A stretch of DNA of 19,837 bases from an uncultured Opitutales bacterium. GTDB taxonomy: Bacteria > Verrucomicrobiota > Verrucomicrobiia > Opitutales > UBA9783. The DNA is taken from NCBI GenBank assembly GCA_934691225.1, contig CAKUSQ010000004.1:1-19837 (forward strand). The letters run 5' to 3'. This document shows, piece by piece, positions 14,218 to 19,837 of this stretch; positions within the stretch are counted from its first letter, which is position 1; every line of letters begins with the position of its first letter. A program made the translations under genes and the position numbers. A model generated the notes under the pieces. It saw nothing but the letters and a program-made list of their open reading frames with translations. It made no database searches and was not told the DNA's origin.

Positions 14218-16014
14218 ATGCGTTTTTTATTAAGAGAAATTTTCGCTTTATGGCATGCGACAAGGCTTAGGATTTTCCCTATCGGCACAGAAGTTTTGAA
14301 TTATCGTTTAGAGTATTTAATTCCAGATTTAGTCGCTGCTTTAAATGTATCATTATTGGTGTTTCCACAAGCGATAGTTTATGCTTTACTAGCAGGTTTA
14401 CCAGTTGAATATGGTTTATATGGAGCTATTGTTGCGACATTACTGTCATCCATTTTTTCTGGTTCACGTGTGCTGAATTTAGGACCAACCAATTCAACAG
14501 CTGTTTTAATGTTAAGTGCATTTACAGCTTGCGGATTTCAACCGGATCAATTTACTGTTTTTTTACCTATCGTTTTGGTTCTTACAGGAACTTTTTTGAT
14601 CGTTGGTTCTATGTTGAATGTAGCTTCACTGGTACGATACGTTTCAAAAAGCGTAATTTTCGGTTATGTATCAGCTGTCATTATCATCATGATCATTAAT
14701 CAAATCCATTGTGTGTTAGGATTTGAATTGAACATTGTTTCGGATGGGGTAGTTACATTTTTTGATGTTTTTAAGGCAACGATTTTTGGTTTAAAAGATA
14801 TTCGTTGGGTTTCAGTAGCTATGGCTCTATGTACTTGGGGATTATATACGTTATGGCGAAATGTGGCTCCACGTTCACCTTATGTAGCGTTAACTATCTT
14901 TACTTTATCGGCCATTTCGTACAGTTTGATAAATTTTTTCCACTGCGATGTTCCTGTGCTAGAAAGGATTTGTATATATAATTGGGAAGCTTCTATAAGT
15001 GGTTTTAATTTAGATAATCTTAGTTCCATGACGAGTGTAGCTTTGGCCCTTAGTTTTATTTGTTTGCTTGATGGTACTACCATTTTAAAAACACTGTCTG
15101 TGCACATGAAAGACAAAGTTGATATAAATCAAATGGTCTTTGGAATGGGTTGGGCAAATATTGGTTGTGGTTTGTGTTCAGGAATGCCAGCTTCAGGTTC
15201 ATTAGTACGATCTTCAGCTAATTATTTTAGTGGTGCAAAAACATCCTTAACAAGTTTTTACTGTGGAATATTTTGTATGTTGGGGGTTGCTTTATTGGGA
15301 CCTTTTTTTAACTATATTCCTAAAGCAGGACTTGCTACAATACTTATTTTGTTTGGACTTGATTTATTTGATAAAAAATCGATACACGTTATTTTAAATT
15401 CAAGTAAAATGGACATTTATGTGTTTTATACAACCGCTGTTACGTCCTTTTTTATACCCTTACATCTATCCGTTTTTTTAGGTGTTTTTTTATCTATAAT
15501 TTTATTTTTGAAGAAAGCTTCTGTGCTTGAATTTTACGAATATATTTCGGAAGGAGATGATTTTTGGCAAAATAAACTAGGAGAATATCCAACAGAAAAA
15601 CCTGAATTATCTGTTGTTCACGTAGAAGGAAATTTGTTTTTTGGATCTTCAGAAATATTTCAAGAACAAATTAAAATGGTCTGCAGACGTCCGCAATTAA
15701 AAGTAATCATTTTAAAATTAAGAAATGCGCATCACATCGATGCTACCTGTTTATTGGCACTTAAAGATCTTATTGCATATACAAGAAGATTAAATAGACA
15801 TTTAATTTTATGTGAGGTTAAAAAGCCTTTGTATGAATCACTTAAAAAATCAGGTGTATTGAATGAATTGGATAGGAGATGTCTTTTCTTTGATAATTTG
15901 AGACACCTTAATGCGTCTATGAAAAAAGCGTTAGAGTTTGCAGAAGAAATTGTTGGAGATCAAATAGCGGTCCACATTTTAAAGCGGAAAAAAACGAATG
16001 ACCAAGATGAATAA
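14218..16014 (+). CDS. SulP/SLC26-family anion transporter with C-terminal STAS domain
   Basis: 598 aa. The SulP signature IPDLVAALNVSLLVFPQAIVYALLAGLPVEYGLYGAIV...GSRVLNLGPTNSTAV is present, and multiple TM segments run through ~res 440. The C-terminal STAS reads LSVVHVEGNLFFGSSEIFQEQI...VIILKLRNAHHIDATCLLALKDLIAY. Substrate is not inferable from sequence. Confidence 0.9.
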   Translation: MRFLLREIFALWHATRLRIFPIGTEVLNYRLEYLIPDLVAALNVSLLVFPQAIVYALLAGLPVEYGLYGAIVATLLSSIFSGSRVLNLGPTNSTAVLMLSAFTACGFQPDQFTVFLPIVLVLTGTFLIVGSMLNVASLVRYVSKSVIFGYVSAVIIIMIINQIHCVLGFELNIVSDGVVTFFDVFKATIFGLKDIRWVSVAMALCTWGLYTLWRNVAPRSPYVALTIFTLSAISYSLINFFHCDVPVLERICIYNWEASISGFNLDNLSSMTSVALALSFICLLDGTTILKTLSVHMKDKVDINQMVFGMGWANIGCGLCSGMPASGSLVRSSANYFSGAKTSLTSFYCGIFCMLGVALLGPFFNYIPKAGLATILILFGLDLFDKKSIHVILNSSKMDIYVFYTTAVTSFFIPLHLSVFLGVFLSIILFLKKASVLEFYEYISEGDDFWQNKLGEYPTEKPELSVVHVEGNLFFGSSEIFQEQIKMVCRRPQLKVIILKLRNAHHIDATCLLALKDLIAYTRRLNRHLILCEVKKPLYESLKKSGVLNELDRRCLFFDNLRHLNASMKKALEFAEEIVGDQIAVHILKRKKTNDQDE

Positions 16015-16034
16015 ATTACAGAGTTATTCTAAAA

Positions 16035-17432
16035 ATGCTTCTGGAACTAAAAGACATTCAAAAATTTTTGCCGCATTATAAAAACGAAAAATCGGCTGTA
16101 CAGTGGTTAAATGAACACGCGGGTCCTTTATGTCTTGCTTGTTCTGGGGGACCTGATTCCATGGGGTTATTGTTGTGGACACGATATTATTATCCCAAAA
16201 AACCTTGTATACTTCTGCATTTTAATCATCGTATTCGTTCTATTTCTGATAACGAAGCACATCGTTTGAAAATTTTAGCAAAAAAACTAGATATCCCTAT
16301 TGAAATTGGACAACGCAATTCAAATGTGTATGCATCAGAAGCAGAATTAAGAGATGCACGTTATCAATTTTTTGAAAAAATGTTAAAGTTGCATAATGCT
16401 TCTGTACTTTTGTTAGGGCACCATCAGGATGATTTGTTTGAAACAACTTTAATGCGTTTGGTTCGTGGTTCCAGTTTGGAGGGTTTAATAGCACCTAAAC
16501 CGATACAAAAGACTCGATGGTATACAAAAGTTCGACCATTACTTAATTTTTCCAAACAAGATCTGCAAGCCGCTTGTGAACATGTAGGCATAGAATATTT
16601 TGTAGATGAAACAAATGCTACCGATATGTGTTTGCGTAATCGTATTCGACATCATATTTTGAATCCATTAAATGACATTTTACGGAATAATTGGCGCGAA
16701 GGATTTGCTCGCACTTGTAGTGTTTTAGCCGAGCAGCGCGAATATTTAAACACATGTATTGAAAAAAATTTGTCCGTATATGATTTCGCAAAAACAATGT
16801 GGAATTATTCTATTTTTAAATCCATGCCGATATATGAATGTCAATGTTTTTTGCAAAAACTTTTCTATCACCATGGTATTTTGAATTACACGTTTGAATT
16901 TTTACAACGCATAATGCTAGAAATTCGTAAGGGTGCACAATTTTCAATCAATATTAACCCTCATTATCGATTAGTGGGGGAAGGGAACGCATTAAATTTA
17001 ATAGCGCTGCCTAGAAAAAATGTATCCGTATTCAATTTTTATTGGAAGCACGGAACGATCGTATTTCCTAACGGTGCAAAATTATTTTTAAAACAAGAAA
17101 AATTTTCAGAAAAATTATACTCAGATATTAAACAGGGATGTTTTTCGCACAGAAACGTCGCTATTTTGGATAGCGATCGGATTTCTTCTGTAAAATGGGT
17201 TCGTAGCCGATGCCCAGGCGATCGATATCAGCCGTTAAATTTTGGCTATGAAAAAAAAGTAAAAGATTTGCTAATTGATCATAAAATTAATAGAATAGAT
17301 AAGAAAAATATACCTGTTATATGCGATAAAAACGGGGATATTGCCTGGATTCCAGGTTTACCGCCAGCAGAAAAATTTAAAATCCAAGAGAATTCAAAAT
17401 TGTGTGTTTTTTTGGTTTATAAAAATTTATAA
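16035..17432 (+). CDS. tilS: tRNA(Ile)-lysidine synthase TilS (MesJ)
   Basis: 465 aa. It has the PP-loop ATPase motif LCLACSGGPDSMGLL, followed by LLGHHQDDLFETTLMRLVRGS. The C-terminal TilS domain has RCPGDRYQPLNFGYEKKVKDLLIDHKI and IPVICDKNGDIAWIPGL. Its position directly upstream of ftsH is a widespread arrangement. Confidence 0.9.
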   Translation: MLLELKDIQKFLPHYKNEKSAVQWLNEHAGPLCLACSGGPDSMGLLLWTRYYYPKKPCILLHFNHRIRSISDNEAHRLKILAKKLDIPIEIGQRNSNVYASEAELRDARYQFFEKMLKLHNASVLLLGHHQDDLFETTLMRLVRGSSLEGLIAPKPIQKTRWYTKVRPLLNFSKQDLQAACEHVGIEYFVDETNATDMCLRNRIRHHILNPLNDILRNNWREGFARTCSVLAEQREYLNTCIEKNLSVYDFAKTMWNYSIFKSMPIYECQCFLQKLFYHHGILNYTFEFLQRIMLEIRKGAQFSININPHYRLVGEGNALNLIALPRKNVSVFNFYWKHGTIVFPNGAKLFLKQEKFSEKLYSDIKQGCFSHRNVAILDSDRISSVKWVRSRCPGDRYQPLNFGYEKKVKDLLIDHKINRIDKKNIPVICDKNGDIAWIPGLPPAEKFKIQENSKLCVFLVYKNL

Positions 17433-17452
17433 ATCATTTATATTGGTTGAAA

Positions 17453-19534
17453 ATGATAAAAAAGCATCAAAAAGAAAAGCAAAAAAAAGGTACCGCTAAA
17501 AACTTGAAATCAAAAAGTTTTTTAGTGTGGGGATCATTATTGTTGATTTTATTGGTATTAAATTCTTTGGCTTTAACACCAAACGAGCGGCTTAATCTGA
17601 CTATCAATCAGGTCATAGCTATGGCTCATGAAAAGCTTATTAAGTCTGCCGAAATTAAATCAGATGCTTCCGGAGGTCCACAGTGGTACCGCATTCAAGG
17701 ATCGTTACGTAAGGATAGCGCAAAAATTTACCAAGTATTGCAAAAGGATACCAGCAGCATTTGGTCAAGCACGATGCAAGAAGGAAAAACATCAGCTGCG
17801 CCATTACCGTTACATTTTGAAGCCGTAGGGCGATTGACCGATGATCGATTTAACGAATTGATGAGTGGCGATTTCGGTTTTCAAATCAAAGAAAAACCGG
17901 CGAGTACAATTGTCTCATCGATTCTAATGAACGTCTTGCCATTCGTTTTCATTTTAGGCTTTCTTTATTTCATGTTTGTGCGTCAAATTCGTGTGGCTGG
18001 CAAGGGTGCCATGAGTTTTGGACGAAGCCGAGCACGTTTGTTACAAGAAGATAAGAAAAAGGTAATGTTTAAAGATGTAGCTGGATGCGATGAGGCTAAA
18101 GAAGAAGTAAAAGAAATTGTTGATTTCTTAAAAAATCCTCAAAAATTTCAAGAAATCGGTGGTCGTGTACCTAAAGGTTGTTTGATGGTAGGGTCGCCAG
18201 GTACAGGTAAAACTTTGTTAGCTAAAGCTATTGCAGGTGAAGCTAATGTTCCGTTTTTCAGCATTAGTGGTTCAGATTTTGTTGAGATGTTCGTTGGGGT
18301 AGGGGCTTCTCGTGTTCGAGATATGTTTGAGCAAGCAAAACAGAATGCACCTTGTTTAGTTTTTATAGATGAAATTGATGCTGTTGGACGTAAACGTGGC
18401 GCAGGTCTTGGTGGTGGTAATGATGAACGCGAGCAAACTTTGAATGCCATGTTAGTTGAAATGGACGGTTTCGAATCGCGAGATGGTATTATTGTGGTAG
18501 CTGCCACTAATCGTCCAGATGTTTTGGATAATGCTTTACTGCGCCCAGGTCGTTTTGATCGTCAAGTTGTATTGGATTTGCCAGATGTTCATGGTCGTGA
18601 AGAAATTTTAAAGGTTCATGCAAAACGTATTAAGTTAGATCAAGCCGTTGATTTGAGTGTGGTTGCCAGAAATACAGCCGGGTATTCAGGAGCAGATTTA
18701 GAAAATTTACTCAACGAAGCCGCCCTTTTAGCAGCGCGTCGATCTAAAAAAATGGTCGATTCGGATGATTTAGATGAAGCGCGTGATAAGATTTCTTTTG
18801 GTCGTGAACGCAAACGACTTATGGATGATAAGGATAAAAAAATTACAGCTTATCATGAATCGGGGCACGCGATTGTTCAAGCTGTTATCGATGATGGTTT
18901 AATGCCGATACACAAAGTTACAATCATTCCTCGAGGACAGAGTTTAGGAAGTACAATGATGTTACCAGCTAAAGATATTTTAAATTATTCAAAAAAGCAG
19001 GCATTAAATCAGATTTGTTGCGCTATGGGCGGAAGAATTGCAGAAGAAATGACGTTTCAGGAACAAACAAGTGGTGCATCTTCAGATATTCGATCAGCTA
19101 CCAAATTAGCGCGTCGTATGGTTTGCGACTGGGGAATGAGCGATTTGGGTCCCATCGCTTTTGGTGAAAATCAGGAGCATATCTTTTTAGGCAAAGAGAT
19201 TGCGCGTGAACAAAATTACAGTGAACGCACTGCTCAACAAATTGATGATACGATCGCAAACATTGTTCAAGAGCAATACCGACGAGCCAAGCAAATTTTA
19301 GAAGAAAAGCATTCGTGTTTAGAAACGTTAGCTCAGGCGCTGTTGAAATACGAAACGTTGGAAGGAAAGTACATTTATGAAATTGTTCAGCAAGGGCATA
19401 TTGTTTCTGAAATTCAAACACAATCGAAGACGGCCGAAGCGGATGTGCCTGTGAAAGATTCAGATAAAAAAACTTCATCCACAAACGATAATGCGGTAAA
19501 TGAGGTTACAGAAAATCAAAAACAACATGAGTGA
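17453..19534 (+). CDS. ftsH: ATP-dependent zinc metalloprotease FtsH
   Basis: Two TM helices flank a ~110-aa periplasmic domain. Motifs present: Walker [14 protein letters not shown], Walker [10 protein letters not shown], second region of homology [20 protein letters not shown], and the zinc motif HESGHA. The track starts at TTG 17447; the ATG two codons downstream (17453) is preferred. It has a polar, acidic C-terminal tail. Confidence 0.96.
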   Translation: MIKKHQKEKQKKGTAKNLKSKSFLVWGSLLLILLVLNSLALTPNERLNLTINQVIAMAHEKLIKSAEIKSDASGGPQWYRIQGSLRKDSAKIYQVLQKDTSSIWSSTMQEGKTSAAPLPLHFEAVGRLTDDRFNELMSGDFGFQIKEKPASTIVSSILMNVLPFVFILGFLYFMFVRQIRVAGKGAMSFGRSRARLLQEDKKKVMFKDVAGCDEAKEEVKEIVDFLKNPQKFQEIGGRVPKGCLMVGSPGTGKTLLAKAIAGEANVPFFSISGSDFVEMFVGVGASRVRDMFEQAKQNAPCLVFIDEIDAVGRKRGAGLGGGNDEREQTLNAMLVEMDGFESRDGIIVVAATNRPDVLDNALLRPGRFDRQVVLDLPDVHGREEILKVHAKRIKLDQAVDLSVVARNTAGYSGADLENLLNEAALLAARRSKKMVDSDDLDEARDKISFGRERKRLMDDKDKKITAYHESGHAIVQAVIDDGLMPIHKVTIIPRGQSLGSTMMLPAKDILNYSKKQALNQICCAMGGRIAEEMTFQEQTSGASSDIRSATKLARRMVCDWGMSDLGPIAFGENQEHIFLGKEIAREQNYSERTAQQIDDTIANIVQEQYRRAKQILEEKHSCLETLAQALLKYETLEGKYIYEIVQQGHIVSEIQTQSKTAEADVPVKDSDKKTSSTNDNAVNEVTENQKQHE

Positions 19535-19837
19535 ATCTGAAAAACATTGTTTTATTTGCACTTGGGGTGCCCCTATTTTAAAGCAAAAAGCACGTCCAAT
19601 TACGGTATTTGATAAAGCTTTAGCAAATCAAGCAAAACATATGTTGAAATCCATGTATATTGCTAATGGAATTGGATTGGCAGCACCTCAAGTTGGTGTA
19701 TCTACACAGTTAGTCGTCATTGACTTGCAATTAAAATCTTCACCAGATTGTGTAAAATTAGATGGGCGTGAAATCCCACTTGCATTGATTCAGCCTTTTT
19801 GTTTTTGTAATCCTTCTTTTGAACCTGTTAATGACAT
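19527..19837 (+). CDS. def: Peptide deformylase Def, N-terminal ~103 codons (runs off the window)
   Basis: Absent from the track because it is truncated. Hand translation from ATG 19527 gives [68 protein letters not shown]... This contains deformylase motif 1, G-I-G-L-A-A-P-Q-V-G. Motifs 2 (EGCLS) and 3 (HExxH) would lie beyond the window. The gene overlaps the ftsH 3' end by 8 nt. Confidence 0.88.
   Translation, partial: MSESEKHCFICTWGAPILKQKARPITVFDKALANQAKHMLKSMYIANGIGLAAPQVGVSTQLVVIDLQLKSSPDCVKLDGREIPLALIQPFCFCNPSFEPVND

Noticed and set aside
17481-17488. A8 homopolymer in the first codons of ftsH, considered as a slipped-strand phase-variation tract.
   Set aside because: Runs of 7-8 A/T are frequent throughout this AT-rich window, including other coding regions. 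ftsH is normally essential, and the tract simply encodes the Lys-rich N-terminus.
7552-19254. Six copies of the palindrome CGATCG (7552, ~12127, ~17056, ~17175, ~17219, ~19250), three of them inside the 3' half of tilS. Considered as a HIP1-like iterated palindrome or restriction/methylation signal.
   Set aside because: None is the full GCGATCGC octamer. My rough composition-based expectation is about two copies, so the excess is small. All copies are inside coding sequence with different reading-frame contexts. This is insufficient evidence without genome-wide counts.
3227-19484. Seventeen short ORFs (64-132 aa) in the supplied track are nested in, or antisense to, the large genes. They are 3227-3427(-), 5283-5480(-), 5432-5641(+), 6089-6283(-), 6676-6918(-), 7563-7826(+), 8435-8752(-), 10392-10616(+), 11110-11358(-), 11626-11826(-), 13192-13404(-), 13732-14130(-), 14880-15116(-), 16297-16494(-), 17628-17828(+), 18148-18507(-) and 19098-19484(-).
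   Set aside because: Each lies entirely, or in the case of 6676-6918 almost entirely, within a longer ORF that carries unmistakable family motifs (glgB, glgP, ftsH, tilS, SulP, PP2C and others). Their translations are low-complexity or compositionally odd (Cys/Phe/Ile/Lys-rich, or the Pro/Ala/Arg-rich mirror of ftsH) and show no recognisable motifs. They are typical shadow ORFs.
1-19837. A search by eye for tRNA/rRNA genes, CRISPR repeat-spacer periodicity, IS terminal inverted repeats, integrase/transposase/phage ORFs, defence-system ATPases/nucleases, and code reassignment.
   Set aside because: Intergenic space is minimal. The largest gaps are 163, 79, 63 and 63 bp, or 75 bp if glgP starts at 9752, and none has cloverleaf or repeat-array structure. 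All long ORFs are accounted for by core-function families. TGA and TAA both terminate full-length conserved proteins, so the standard code applies. No evidence supports a mobile or defence island in this window.

Overview
AT-rich (by eye roughly 35-40% G+C) bacterial chromosomal segment using the standard code (TGA and TAA both act as stops). I can support 18 protein-coding genes. I found no rRNA, tRNA, CRISPR, IS/transposon, integrase or prophage signatures. All family calls rest on motifs read by eye in the translations; no searches were run.

Minus strand, 1-2854: the head of the dcw cluster, mraZ-rsmH-ftsL-like-ftsI, with ftsI cut by the window edge and recovered by hand translation. These genes are expressed from a 163-bp divergent intergenic region (2855-3017). 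That region holds a sigma70-like promoter overlapped by four 10-bp-phased TGG-core direct repeats, which look like an MraZ operator.

Plus strand, 3018-19837: an almost gap-free, co-directional run of genes.
- an orphan secreted protein
- a DJ-1/PfpI protein
- an M42 aminopeptidase
- a PpiD-like membrane chaperone
- a YacP/Rae1-like NYN nuclease
- glgB and glgP
- a tight block of standalone STAS protein, membrane GAF-PP2C (RsbU/SpoIIE-type) phosphatase and SulP anion transporter with its own STAS domain
- tilS, ftsH and the 5' part of def (also recovered by hand)

Most of the window is ordinary core genome. The least ordinary part is the kinase-less STAS / GAF-PP2C / SulP-STAS module at 12252-16014, which sits directly after the glycogen genes. 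It is a plausible but unproven transporter-linked partner-switching unit. Lineage cannot be assigned from the sequence alone.
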